DNA of 64,000 nt, from the NCBI GenBank assembly GCA_963749655.1, contig CAVVOB010000019.1, positions 64,001-128,000 on the forward strand. The letters are read 5' to 3'. The notes beneath the pieces were generated by a model. It was given only the letters and a program-made list of their open reading frames with translations. It ran no database searches and was not told the origin of the DNA. The translations under genes and the position numbers were made by a program. The stretch's first letter is position 1. Every line of letters begins with the position of its first letter. The DNA is from Nitrospirota bacterium. GTDB lineage: Bacteria > Nitrospirota > UBA9217. Of the stretch, positions 53,323 through 63,878 are shown piece by piece.

Positions 53323-54363
53323 ATGATATTCCTTCTTCACATCGTCCCCCAGTGGATAGAACTGACCGCTCTTGCGCTCGTTATGGGCGCTGTTTTCACA
53401 AGACTCTGGATCTACCCGCTCTCTGTCGACGGGCGCCCGATTGATCAAGGGAATAAGGTCCTGCGCAGGTTGTGCCTGATGCTCGGGACAGGCGCCGGTG
53501 TCATGCTTCCCGGCATCATCGCCGGCCTCCTGGCGAGGACCGCAGAGATGAGCGGCGACCCGATCCTTTCCGTCCTCCCGCTCCTGCCTTCCGTGGTGCT
53601 GAAAACGCACTACGGCAGGATATGGACGATCGGCGCTGCGGGCATCCTTCTCATGATCATCATTGTCGCAACAGGGGCTCCAAAACGCAATTCGAAGGCT
53701 GCGTGGTACGTCCTTCTTGCCTTCGGCGCCATAGTCGGCATGACGCAGAGCGCCACCGGCCATGCAGCCGATGCCGGCGATTTCAGCATGGCGGAAATCG
53801 CCGACTGGCTCCATCTCATGGCGGCCATGGTATGGGTCGGCGGCTTGTTCGCGCTCGCCTTCGCGATCCTGCCCTTGCCGGTCATTGGAGAGCCTGGGGC
53901 AGGAGCTGTCGCCGATGCCGTTGCCCGCTTTTCAGCCATAGCGGGACCGGCGGCGTGCATCATTGCAGTCACTGCTGCATACAATGCCTGGCTGGACATC
54001 GGCAGCGCCGCCGCTCTTGCGAAAACGGAATACGGCAGGACTGCGATCGTGAAGATCATCCTCTTTGGCCTCGTTCTCGCTATCGCCGTCTTCAACCGCT
54101 TTGTTGCCCTTCCCTGGCTGAGAAACAAAGCCGGAAAGCCGGCTGTGCCGGAGGAAACAGTGCTCCGGTTCGTTGTTCCTGTCCGGCTGCGCCTCTTTCA
54201 GGCTTTAAACAGGAACGGCCGTTTGTTCAACAGAGCGGTGAAGGCTGAAGCGCTCTTCATGCTCGCACTTCTCTTGTGTGCGGTCATGATGCGACATGAA
54301 GTTCCGGCAAAACACGCCGCCCACATGGGTACGACCGGCGAACACGTCCACGAACACAAATAA
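53323..54363 (+). CDS. copD: Copper uptake/resistance membrane protein CopD
   Basis: THYG, TGHAA, DWLHLMAAMVWVGGL, TEYG...VK; His-rich C-terminus. Confidence 0.9.
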   Translation: MIFLLHIVPQWIELTALALVMGAVFTRLWIYPLSVDGRPIDQGNKVLRRLCLMLGTGAGVMLPGIIAGLLARTAEMSGDPILSVLPLLPSVVLKTHYGRIWTIGAAGILLMIIIVATGAPKRNSKAAWYVLLAFGAIVGMTQSATGHAADAGDFSMAEIADWLHLMAAMVWVGGLFALAFAILPLPVIGEPGAGAVADAVARFSAIAGPAACIIAVTAAYNAWLDIGSAAALAKTEYGRTAIVKIILFGLVLAIAVFNRFVALPWLRNKAGKPAVPEETVLRFVVPVRLRLFQALNRNGRLFNRAVKAEALFMLALLLCAVMMRHEVPAKHAAHMGTTGEHVHEHK

Positions 54364-54475
54364 TCGTGAGTCTCAAAATCCGCAATTCGCAATCCGCGAT
54401 TTGGTACTCCGGACGTGCAACCGCTATCGACATATGCTACAATTTATCGAAACTCACAGTTACCCGGGAGGCGGT

Positions 54476-54955
54476 GTGCCAAGGACCATTTGGATCATTT
54501 TTGTTTTGTTCCTGCTGACAGACACGCAGCTATCAGCTGCAGGCCTTCCCAAAACCAGTAAGCCCGGTCCCGGAGACAAATGTCCTGTCTGCGGGATGTT
54601 CGTCGCCCGGTACGCCGATTTTCTGACAACCATCGTGTTCCGCGACAATTCAGCGGTCTTCTTTGATGGACCAAAAGACTTTTTCAAGTTCTATAATGAC
54701 CCGGCAAGATATCTCCCGTCCCGGTCCGCACAGGATATTACGACGATCTTCGTCACGGACTATTACAGCCTTGCCGCGATCGACGGGCGTACGGCCTGGT
54801 TCGTGATCGGCAGCGATGTGCGCGGCCCCATGGGCCACGATCTGGTCCCCTTCAGCAGCGAGGGCGCTGCGCAGGAGTTCATGAAGGACCACCGGGCAAG
54901 GCGCATCGTGCGGTTCCGCGAGGCGACCATCGATCTACTGAAGGAGCTGGAATAA
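54476..54955 (+). CDS. NosL-family copper chaperone-like protein
   Basis: CPVCGMFV, FFDGPKD, FVTDYY, GSDVRGPMGHDLVPF. Confidence 0.9.
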   Translation: MPRTIWIIFVLFLLTDTQLSAAGLPKTSKPGPGDKCPVCGMFVARYADFLTTIVFRDNSAVFFDGPKDFFKFYNDPARYLPSRSAQDITTIFVTDYYSLAAIDGRTAWFVIGSDVRGPMGHDLVPFSSEGAAQEFMKDHRARRIVRFREATIDLLKELE

Positions 54956-55263
54956 TGCGCATCAGAAAGTCGAGCATGTTCTTCGTCTCCCTCGTTCTGC
55001 AGTGCCTGCTGCTTGCACTGATGGCGATCCATGCCGTGACCGTGCGTGCGGCCGCTGCCCCGGGCCTCGCGGAAAAACAGGCCCTGGTGCGGCTCTGCGG
55101 CCTGAGCGATCTCTGCCTTTTCACCGAGGCACGCTACACCCGCCACCCCGCCCTGGCTGATCTGCATTCGGCCTTTCAGGACGGACCCTTCTCCTTCGAA
55201 CACTTCCCTTCCGGGTCCCTCGTTGATCCGCCGGCACATCTGCGAGGTGTCGGCGATGATTGA
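54955..55263 (+). CDS. Conserved hypothetical membrane-anchored protein
   Basis: TM then LSDLCLFTEARYTRHP..FQD.P; coupled within operon. Confidence 0.7.
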   Translation: MRIRKSSMFFVSLVLQCLLLALMAIHAVTVRAAAAPGLAEKQALVRLCGLSDLCLFTEARYTRHPALADLHSAFQDGPFSFEHFPSGSLVDPPAHLRGVGDD

Positions 55264-56383
55264 AAAACAGCGGAACATCCTTGATTTCACTCTCTCATCG
55301 CTTCTCCGGAGAAAAGGGAAGAACGCCGCGCTTCTTGTCTCGTACACGCTGGTCGTCGCCCTGCTGGCCTCGGTCATGTTCCTGACCCACGCCCTCCGCC
55401 GGGAGGCGGCGCAGAATCTGCGCGATGCGCCGGACATGGTCGTGCAGAAGCTCGTTGCCGGGCGGTACGACCTCGTTCCTCTTGCCTACCGGGACAGGAT
55501 CGCCGGCATCCGGGGGATAAAGAATGTTGCGCCGCGCCTCTGGGGATACTATTTCGACGCCGGCATCGGCGCAAACTATACGGTCATGGTCCCCCTCGAC
55601 GGAAGCGTTTCACCGGGATCAATAGTAGTCGGCGAGGGCGTTGCGCGAACGCGCAGGATCGGTGAGGGGGACGTCCTTCCCTTGCGCGGGTCCGACGGCA
55701 AAACACGGCTGTACGAAGTGGCCAAGCTCCTGTCTCCGGCGTCGTCCCTTGTGGCTTCGGACCTCATCCTCCTGTCGGAAGCCGACTTCCGCGATCTCTT
55801 CGCGATCCCGCGCAGTCATGCCACGGACCTTGTACTGACCGTGGGGAACCCGAAGGAACTTGCGACTATCGCCTACAAGATCACCCGCGCTCTTCCCGAC
55901 ACGCGGCCCGTGATCCGTGACGAGATCGTCAGGACCTACGATTCCCTCTTCAACTGGCGAAGCGGCGTCGTTGTCGTCATTCTCTTCTCTGTTGTCGTTG
56001 CCTTCCTGATTTTCGCCTGGGACAAGGCCTCGGGCCTGAGCGCCGAGGAAAAGTTCGAGATCGGGATCCTGAAAGCGCTGGGATGGGAGACGTCGGACGT
56101 GCTGCTCATGAAACTCTGGGAAGGAGCGGCATTGTCATTCTCGTCGTTCCTGAGCGGGATCGTGCTGGCCTATATCCACGTGTTCCTCACGTCTTCGGCG
56201 CTCTTTCAGCCGGTGCTCAAAGGCTGGTCTGTTCTCTATCCCGACTTCCGGCTCGTTCCTTCCGTCAATGCCTATCAGGTCGCGACCATCTTCTTTCTCA
56301 CGGTCGTACCCTATACGGTCGCGACGATCATACCCGCATGGCGGGCGGCTACGATCGACCCCGATGCGGTCATGAGGTCCTGA
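55256..56383 (+). CDS. ABC transporter permease (FtsX/LolE-like)
   Basis: EIGILKALGW, IPAWRAATIDP. Confidence 0.9.
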   Translation: MIEKQRNILDFTLSSLLRRKGKNAALLVSYTLVVALLASVMFLTHALRREAAQNLRDAPDMVVQKLVAGRYDLVPLAYRDRIAGIRGIKNVAPRLWGYYFDAGIGANYTVMVPLDGSVSPGSIVVGEGVARTRRIGEGDVLPLRGSDGKTRLYEVAKLLSPASSLVASDLILLSEADFRDLFAIPRSHATDLVLTVGNPKELATIAYKITRALPDTRPVIRDEIVRTYDSLFNWRSGVVVVILFSVVVAFLIFAWDKASGLSAEEKFEIGILKALGWETSDVLLMKLWEGAALSFSSFLSGIVLAYIHVFLTSSALFQPVLKGWSVLYPDFRLVPSVNAYQVATIFFLTVVPYTVATIIPAWRAATIDPDAVMRS

Positions 56384-56385
56384 CC

Positions 56386-57072
56386 ATGATCATCCTGCGA
56401 GAAGTGGCGAAAGTATTCAACACCGGGAAACCCAACGAGTTTGCGGCGCTCCGGGGCGTAAGCATCGATATAGAAGAGCGCCTCTTGACCGTGATCAAGG
56501 GGCCGAGCGGTTCGGGAAAAACAACGCTCCTCGGCATCGTGGGGTGCATGGCCCGTCCCACAGCCGGCAGGATCCGTTTCCGCGAACAGGAGATCACCAG
56601 CCTCCCCGAGCGCTTCCTGACCGGGATCAGACGCACGACCTTCGGGTTCATCTTCCAGCAGCTCAACCTGCTCAAGGGAATCACCGTCCTGGAGAACGTA
56701 ATGCTGCCTGCCTTCCCGACGGACGAGAAGCGTTCGAGCCTGGAAAGACGGGCAGCGGCCCTTCTCGACTCCTTCAGCCTCGGCCATAAGGCCTCCGCCA
56801 GGATCGAGTGGCTTTCCGGCGGTGAAGCTCAGCGCGCGGCCATTGCGCGCGCCTTGATCAACAATCCGTCCGTGATCCTGGCTGATGAACCCACGGCCCA
56901 TCTCGACACGGCGCTTTCCCGCGAATTTATGAACACCATGGTGAAATTGAAGAACGACGGGAGAACGGTCGTGATCGCAAGCCACGACCCCCTTGTATAC
57001 GATTCGGGATACGTTGACCGCATCATCGAGATGCGGGACGGAAACGTGCTCGACCCGGGAAGGAAGACATGA
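56386..57072 (+). CDS. ABC transporter ATP-binding protein (LolD-like)
   Basis: GPSGSGKTT, LSGGEAQR, ILADEPT, SHD. Confidence 0.95.
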   Translation: MIILREVAKVFNTGKPNEFAALRGVSIDIEERLLTVIKGPSGSGKTTLLGIVGCMARPTAGRIRFREQEITSLPERFLTGIRRTTFGFIFQQLNLLKGITVLENVMLPAFPTDEKRSSLERRAAALLDSFSLGHKASARIEWLSGGEAQRAAIARALINNPSVILADEPTAHLDTALSREFMNTMVKLKNDGRTVVIASHDPLVYDSGYVDRIIEMRDGNVLDPGRKT

Positions 57073-58067
57073 TCCTCCATCCCTCAATTCTTGCCCTGAC
57101 CGTAGCTTCCGTCCTGACGACGTTCCTGGTCCTTTCTGCGGCATTATTCGGCGTCTCCATTGTGAGGCGCTGGGACCTTCAGAGCGGGAGCGAGGCTCAG
57201 CTCAACCTCGAACGACGGACCTACCTCATATCCACGCTCGTCGGTTATGCCCTCGGGTTTCAGCTCCTGTCTCTGTTCCTGTTCGTCTACACTGCCGACG
57301 ATCTTTGCAGTCTTTTTACGGGCGCCATGTGCGCGGCAGGGACCCTCAAGGTAAACTCCTATGGCTATCCCACGCTCCTGTTCAAGATCATGAACTTTCT
57401 TCTGGCCGCGGCCTGGCTGGTGCTGAACTCTGCGGACAACCGCGCCCCTGACTACCCCCTCATCAGGAAGAAGTATCTCCTGCTTTTCCTGGCTGCTCCG
57501 TTCATGGCAACGGAAACCGTGCTGCAGCTCCGGTATTTCGCAGGGCTGCATCCCGATATAATCACCTCCTGCTGCGGCACCCTGTTCAGCGCCGAGGCCC
57601 GGGAAGCAGGGGCCGCCCTTTCGACGATAGCGGGGCTCCCGATGAAGGCGCCCTTTTTTGTCGTCATGGGGCTGACGATCGCGGCGGGTGTTTTCGTATA
57701 TCGCCGCCGCGGTGCTGGAGGAGGGATGTTCTCTGTCATGGCCCTGGCCGCCTTTGTCGTCTCCCTTTTGGCGATCATTTCCACGATCTCTCCCTATGTG
57801 TACGAGCTGCCGACGCACCATTGCCCCTTCTGCCTTTTACAGGGAGAGTACGGTTACCGGGGATATCCCCTTTATCTGTTCCTTTTCAGCGGCGCCGCTG
57901 CCGGGGCGGGCACAGGGGTCCTCGCTCCTTTCAGAAACGTCGCAAGCCTCGCGGTCGTCATCCCGGCGATGCAGAGGCGGCTTGCCCTTCTTGCGATCGT
58001 CTGCTATAGTTTCTTTACAGCGATCGTGATCGCGAGCATGGCGGCTTCGAACCTTCGATTGGGTTGA
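57069..58067 (+). CDS. Polytopic membrane protein with Cys/His motifs
   Basis: GAMCAAG, ITSCCG, PTHHCPFC between TM helices. Confidence 0.8.
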   Translation: MILHPSILALTVASVLTTFLVLSAALFGVSIVRRWDLQSGSEAQLNLERRTYLISTLVGYALGFQLLSLFLFVYTADDLCSLFTGAMCAAGTLKVNSYGYPTLLFKIMNFLLAAAWLVLNSADNRAPDYPLIRKKYLLLFLAAPFMATETVLQLRYFAGLHPDIITSCCGTLFSAEAREAGAALSTIAGLPMKAPFFVVMGLTIAAGVFVYRRRGAGGGMFSVMALAAFVVSLLAIISTISPYVYELPTHHCPFCLLQGEYGYRGYPLYLFLFSGAAAGAGTGVLAPFRNVASLAVVIPAMQRRLALLAIVCYSFFTAIVIASMAASNLRLG

Positions 58068-58288
58068 CCTTCGTTGCTGCCGGTCTGTTGATTCCACGCG
58101 CAGTTCAATGATCATCAGTTCTTTCACAAATCACTAAAATAATTGCAAACTCCTGTCTCACCCAAAGCAGCGGAGGATGTAAAAAACTGCAACATTTCTC
58201 CTCTGGCCGCGTCCTTCGTAAGAGAACCATACATACAGGAGTGACAGCGGTATCGACATCATGAGTCAACACATTAGGAGGTTATGAA

Positions 58289-58876
58289 ATGATACGACAA
58301 CGGGTAATCGTCCCCCTGATCGCAGTTCTGCTCCTGCTCGGCCTTGCTGATAAAGAACTGCGGGCGGAAACGCAGCCTGCCTACACCCGGACTGTCCTGC
58401 GTTATACCGTTCCCGACGTGACCCTCGTCAACCAGGACGGTGTCAGGGTCGGGCTCAAGAAACTGCTTTTGTCGAACAAGCCGGTGCTTGTGGACTTCGT
58501 CTATACGACCTGCACTACGATCTGCCCGGTCCTTTCCGCGAACTTCACAAACTTCCAGAGAAAACTTGGTCCGGACTCAGTCAAGGCTCAGCTCGTATCC
58601 ATTTCGATCGACCCTGAGAACGACACTCCGAAAGCCATGAAAGCTTACCTGAAGCGTTACAACGCGAAGCCGGGCTGGGATTTCCTGACAGGATCAAAAA
58701 AAGACATCGAAAAAGTGGTCAGGGAGTTCAAAGCACTTGATGCTCTCACCCTGAACAAGATGGACCACTACCCGCTGATTCTGCTGAAATCGCCTGCAAG
58801 CGACCAGTGGGTGCGCGTCTTCGGGCTCATCGGCACGACGGAACTCATGAAAGAATATGAAAGGGCTCAACAATGA
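58289..58876 (+). CDS. SCO1/SenC-family copper chaperone
   Basis: FVYTTCTTICP (CxxxC), SISIDPENDTP, WDFLTG, downstream His. Confidence 0.93.
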   Translation: MIRQRVIVPLIAVLLLLGLADKELRAETQPAYTRTVLRYTVPDVTLVNQDGVRVGLKKLLLSNKPVLVDFVYTTCTTICPVLSANFTNFQRKLGPDSVKAQLVSISIDPENDTPKAMKAYLKRYNAKPGWDFLTGSKKDIEKVVREFKALDALTLNKMDHYPLILLKSPASDQWVRVFGLIGTTELMKEYERAQQ

Positions 58877-60606
58877 TGACATCGATGATACGATCCCGGA
58901 TGGGGCATCGGATGTACGGGGTTTTAATAATGATGACGGCGCTGCTCTGGGCATTGCCCCTCACCGCGGTCCCGGCGGAAAAAGGGCCGAATGCCGTTGC
59001 CGGACTGTCTCACGAAGAAGCCATGCGACTGGGGGCAATGATGTATGTGCAGGGTATCCTGCCGTCGGGCGCGCCGATGCAGGGCATGGTGCAGGGCGAC
59101 ATCCCGGTCGATGGGTCGAAATTCACCTGCGCGAACTGCCACCAGAGGAGCGGCTTCGGCAGCCTCGAAGGCACGATCAGAACGCCTCCGGTCGACGGGA
59201 CGCGGCTCTACGCGCCCCTTTCGAAGTTCAAAGGCGTGCCCCTCTATGACCGGAGCAAGGCCGCGGCAACGGGAGCCATGGAGGTCTACCGCGAAGCCTA
59301 CACCGATGAAACCCTTGCCCGAGTCATGCGGACCGGAGAAGATCCTGCGGGAAAACAGATCTTCAATACCATGCCGAAATATTTTCTCGACGACCGCGAC
59401 ATGGCCATCCTGGTTTACTATCTCAAGAACCTGTCAACGGGACTGGAGTCCGGCGTCACCGAAACGGAGCTCCGCTTCGCCACGGTCATCGCCGGTGAGG
59501 TGGCCGGGGAGGACCGCGAGGCCATGCTCGGACCGCTCAGGGCGTTCGTCAGCCGCTGGCGCATATCGCGAAACATGGAGCGCATGTCCAGACGGGACGC
59601 CTTTGTCCAGGAAGGCGAATCGCGGGGGTTGAGAAAGATAACCCTGTCCGTTTGGGAACTGAAGGGACCTGTCGACACCTGGCGCGCCCAGTTGGAGGAA
59701 CAATACCGGAAAGCGCCGGTCTTTGCGCTCCTGGGCGGCATCAGCAGCGGCGACTGGGAGCCGATCCACCGTTTCTGTGAAGACCGTAAAATACCCGCGA
59801 TCTTCCCCGTCACCGACTTTCCCGTCATATCCGATACCGACTGGTATACGTTGTATCTTTCGAGAGGATTGTATCAGGAAGGCGAGACAGCGGCAAGATA
59901 CCTCAACAGCAGCAGCGACGCTGCTCCGGACCGGTCCGTAGTCCAGGTCTTCCGCAAGGACCGGGCAGGCCTCGCTCTTGCCAAAGCATTCCGGGAAACA
60001 TGGAAGGACCTCGGACGAAGTGCGGTCGAGGACTTCGCCGTGGAAAAGGATCAGCAGCTGACGCCCCGGTTCTGGGAAAATATCCTGGACCGGAAAAAAC
60101 CTGCGTCAATCGTGCTGTGGCTGAACCCGTCGGACATCCCCGATCTCGGACGTGTTGCGAAGCAGGGATCCCGGCCCGCCCTGATCATCCTCTCGTCCAG
60201 CCTTCTCAAAAAGGACCTGTATTCCCTGCCGGAAGAGGCGAGAGCTTTCGTCTATGTCACCTATCCCTATACCCTTCCCCGGGAGTCGCAGCCCTACAAG
60301 GCCTCGATCGAGACATCCCTGAAAATAAACAACATCCCCATGACCAACCTGGATATCGAGTACAAGATGTTTTCGCTCTTCTCAACACTGACCGGACCCT
60401 TTACCATGCTGAGAAACTTCGTGTACCGCGACTATTTTCTCGAACTGATCGAATCAACGCCCGACCAGGCGTCCATGCCGGTCGTGTACCCGCGCCTGAG
60501 CTTCGGCGCAGGCCAGCGCTATGCATCAAAGGGCTGCTACATTGTCCAGCTTTCGGAAGGCCGGAATCCCGAATTGATCAAGCGGAGCGACTGGGTCATT
60601 CATTGA
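58873..60606 (+). CDS. c-type cytochrome fused to a periplasmic-binding-protein-like domain
   Basis: Signal, CANCH, MPKY axial Met region; C-terminal PVFALLGG, FCED..IP.IFP, RLSFG..QRYASKG. Confidence 0.75.
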   Translation: MMTSMIRSRMGHRMYGVLIMMTALLWALPLTAVPAEKGPNAVAGLSHEEAMRLGAMMYVQGILPSGAPMQGMVQGDIPVDGSKFTCANCHQRSGFGSLEGTIRTPPVDGTRLYAPLSKFKGVPLYDRSKAAATGAMEVYREAYTDETLARVMRTGEDPAGKQIFNTMPKYFLDDRDMAILVYYLKNLSTGLESGVTETELRFATVIAGEVAGEDREAMLGPLRAFVSRWRISRNMERMSRRDAFVQEGESRGLRKITLSVWELKGPVDTWRAQLEEQYRKAPVFALLGGISSGDWEPIHRFCEDRKIPAIFPVTDFPVISDTDWYTLYLSRGLYQEGETAARYLNSSSDAAPDRSVVQVFRKDRAGLALAKAFRETWKDLGRSAVEDFAVEKDQQLTPRFWENILDRKKPASIVLWLNPSDIPDLGRVAKQGSRPALIILSSSLLKKDLYSLPEEARAFVYVTYPYTLPRESQPYKASIETSLKINNIPMTNLDIEYKMFSLFSTLTGPFTMLRNFVYRDYFLELIESTPDQASMPVVYPRLSFGAGQRYASKGCYIVQLSEGRNPELIKRSDWVIH

Positions 60607-60672
60607 AATACTCAAGGGGACCAGGACGATAAACATGCCGGATTACAGACAGTCTCAAATTAAAATTTTACA

Positions 60673-60701
60673 TTGACATCGTCTTTCCTTGCCACTATGA
60701 T
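60673..60701 (+). promoter_or_regulatory. Sigma70 promoter, probably giving a leaderless mRNA
   Basis: TTGACA-17 nt-TATGAT; ATG begins at 60708 with no Shine-Dalgarno. Confidence 0.7.
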
Positions 60702-60707
60702 GGCGTC

Positions 60708-60992
60708 ATGAAATGGCAGGCTGTCATTGTTCTCCTGGCAATCGCCCTTACCGTACTTGCCCCCCCTGCGCTGCCGCTGATGATCGTCCATGACGGACAT
60801 TCGCAGATCGGCGTCCTGGATGTCTGCCATTCGGCGGCGCCCGCGCTTTCAGCGTCCGGTGAAATGCCCTGCCTGAACAGCTTTCCCCTCGATCAGCAGC
60901 CGAAGCCTTTCATAACCTACTCAATTCAGCACAAACCTCTCTTTTCGCAGTACCTCTCTACCTTCGACACCGAGCAACCGCCCCAGTCCTAG
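60708..60992 (+). CDS. Small exported protein resembling DUF2946/CruR/CutF-type leader peptides
   Basis: Signal-like N-terminus, DVCH...PC, C-terminal EQPPQS. Confidence 0.6.
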   Translation: MKWQAVIVLLAIALTVLAPPALPLMIVHDGHSQIGVLDVCHSAAPALSASGEMPCLNSFPLDQQPKPFITYSIQHKPLFSQYLSTFDTEQPPQS

Positions 60993-61266
60993 CCTCACAA
61001 TTCCTATTTCCGTAGCAAGAACCTGAGCGTATCACGTTCCTTTTTCGCGCGCCGCCCGAAGATCGCCGCGCGGCCAAAGGATGTTTCTCCCCCGTTCTAC
61101 AGCTCGGCTCTGCGACGGAGATGTCCCTCATCTTCGTGACACACGATATTTCCGAAGCAGGGCCAATCTTCTTCTTATTGATTGTTCATGGACAGTATTC
61201 ATGGAGCTTTACCGGGATCAAGCAATCCCTTCACCATACTTCAACATCTCAGGAGGATCACCTGTC

Positions 61267-62067
61267 ATGGAAACGAAGAATAAGCTCGAATCGCCGTTCT
61301 CACGCAGAAATTTTCTGAAAGCCGGCGCGATTGCCGTCGGCGCGGCAGGCATGACCGCGGCCGTGCCGGGGTTCGTAACCCCTGCGGCGGCCCTGGGCGG
61401 CGCCACTGAGAAGTGGCCCTGGCCCTATGTGAAACTCGACCCCGACAAAACCGCGGAAATAGCCTACAACGAATGGTACCGCGTGTTCTGCGGCGCTGCG
61501 GTCATCAACAGTGTCTTCAGCCAGCTCCGGGAAAAGGTCGGCGAACCCTACAAGTCCTTCCCGATCGATTCCTTCGTGTTCCTCGAAGGCGGAATGGCGG
61601 GATGGGGCACGGTCTGCGGCTCCAACGCTGGCGCCAATATCGTCAGCAATGTGATCATCGGCCCCCGTATCGCCGGGCCGGAATGCGAGCATGGCCACAC
61701 TATCGGCTCCGAAATGATGCAGTGGTATTCTGAAACGCCGCTTCCGACCTTTAATCCCAAGGAACCGAAACAGAAGACCGCGATCATGCAGACGAAAAGC
61801 GAATCGCCTCTTTGCCATGTGTCGGTCGGCAAGTGGATGAAGGCCTCAGGCTTCGCCCTTGCCAGCCCGGAGAGGAAGGACCGCTGCGCCCGCGTGGCCG
61901 CAAGCGTTGCCTATAAGCTCGTCCAGGATCTGAACGCATGGAAGGACGGCAAATATACCTCCAAAGCGAACTGGACCCCGGGCAAGAGCGTCGGGATCAC
62001 GGCGCAGCAGAACTGCACCGAATGCCACGGCACGAACGTACCTTCGGCGCCTACCGCGAAGAAATGA
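61267..62067 (+). CDS. Split-Soret cytochrome c / C-GCAxxG-C-C family protein, Tat-exported
   Basis: SRRNFLK, CGAA, GWGTVCG, SPLCHVSV.KW, RKDRCARV, CTECH. Confidence 0.85.
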   Translation: METKNKLESPFSRRNFLKAGAIAVGAAGMTAAVPGFVTPAAALGGATEKWPWPYVKLDPDKTAEIAYNEWYRVFCGAAVINSVFSQLREKVGEPYKSFPIDSFVFLEGGMAGWGTVCGSNAGANIVSNVIIGPRIAGPECEHGHTIGSEMMQWYSETPLPTFNPKEPKQKTAIMQTKSESPLCHVSVGKWMKASGFALASPERKDRCARVAASVAYKLVQDLNAWKDGKYTSKANWTPGKSVGITAQQNCTECHGTNVPSAPTAKK

Positions 62068-62170
62068 TCGAAATAAATTGACCTGCAGCGTTCCGGCGGC
62101 CGGCCCTGCCAAGGGCCGGCCGCACAGGAAACCGGGGTCGGAATAAATTCAACTTAAAGGGGAGTACAAC

Positions 62171-63863
62171 ATGAAAATCCGGCATTCAGCAGCATCGATT
62201 CTCTTTCTCATCGCAACGTTGATCGTTTCAGCATGCGGCAGCTCGAGCAGCAGCAACACCACCCCGTCGACGACCACGACGATTACCGGATCCGTGTACG
62301 CGGCTTCGGTTTCCGGCGCTTCGGTCGTTGTGAAGACCGCGACCGGAGCCTCGGTTGCAGGTCCGGTCACCACGTCGGGAAACGGCTCCTATACGGTAAA
62401 CGTCCCGTCCGATGCCCTCGCCTCTGACCTCCGCATTGAATCAGTGTCCGGCTCCTACGCCGATGAAGCAACGGGCTCGAACACAACGGCCGGGACCCTT
62501 GCAGCGTATGTGACCGGCGGGACCCTGACCACCGGCGTGGTGAATCTCGATCCTTCATCGACGATCATTCATGCGCTCGTGACCCAGTACGGCATGTCCG
62601 CGGCAGACGCGACAGCCGCTTTTGCCGCTGCCTTCGGCTACACACCGGACACGTCCGTTGCGCCGAAGAATGCCGCCACGGACGGCTCCGATGACGCGGC
62701 CCAGCGCCTTGCCGGCCTGCATGCAGGGGTCTTCAGCCAGCTGACCGCATCCCTCGGCCTGACGCCCGACAAACAGTTCGATCTTCTCGCGGCGCTCGCA
62801 CAGGACCTCAATGACGGCGCGCTGGATGGGAAAAATGGTGCGAACGTCATATCGATCGGAACAGGCACGTTGCCCGAGGATATCGGGAACGAATTCGAGA
62901 ATGCGCTCGTGAGCTTCATGTCGAACACTTACTGCAATCTGACCGGCCTCGCGGAAGATGAGATCGGGACCCTGCCCTTTTCCAAGGTCGCATTGACGGA
63001 CACCTACCGTATCGAGTATGTTCAGGTAGGGATGATGGGCCCGACGCAGGGAAAAACGGAATTCAAGCTGTCGATCACGAACCGGGCGACGGGATCCCCG
63101 GTCCCGGGCTGAACCCCGCGCTGATGCCCGTCATGCATATGGTCGGTATGGACCACTCGACTCCCGTGGATTCGATCACCGACAATGGGGACGGCACCTA
63201 TACCTGCATTGTGTACTATCTTATGTCTTCCGTCATGAGCGGCAAGTCCAAAGGATATTGGGAGCTGGAGGTCGAAAGGCCGCAGGAGGAGAAACAGCCA
63301 CATTCTATCCGAACGTCGGGATGAACATGACGATCTCCGGAGATGTAAGGTGTCGCTCACGAGCCAGGGTGCCGATCTGGTCAGCGGTATGTCAGGAACG
63401 TCGAAACGCAGCTACACTCTGTTCAATGACGGTCTGACCAGCGGAATGACCGGAACCGGAACGTTGAACCTCTTCATCGCAGCGTTGGACTACACGGACA
63501 TGATGGCCATGGCGACCTTCCCTGCCCTGTCATCAGTATCGACGACAACACTGCATTACTATGACGGCGCCATGAGCATGTACGCCCCCCATGCGGCGAC
63601 TCCCGTGACCGTTGAAGGCTGCCTGAGCGTTGTCGATTGCGCCAATGCGGCAAATTGGACCGCGGCGACCAACAGCTCAGGCGGACACTGGTCCATTGAT
63701 TTTACCTCGGGCATCGCGTCCGGCATGACGAACACGATCTATGTCCGTCTCCTCGTGGGTAAGGACGGAAGCGCAGAGGAGCTGAAAACATGCGAACGGT
63801 ATGACCTATGACGGCACTAACGGCTACCAGACCATAATAACCACGCCCGGTTCATCCATGTAA
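62171..63863 (+). CDS. Ser/Thr/Met-rich lipoprotein with YtkA/FixH-like domain, frameshifted
   Basis: VSAC lipobox, P.MHM.GMDHSTP..NGDGTY, several GM/MM motifs; consecutive ORFs join. Confidence 0.65.
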
Positions 63864-63878
63864 ATGAGAACTATGTGC

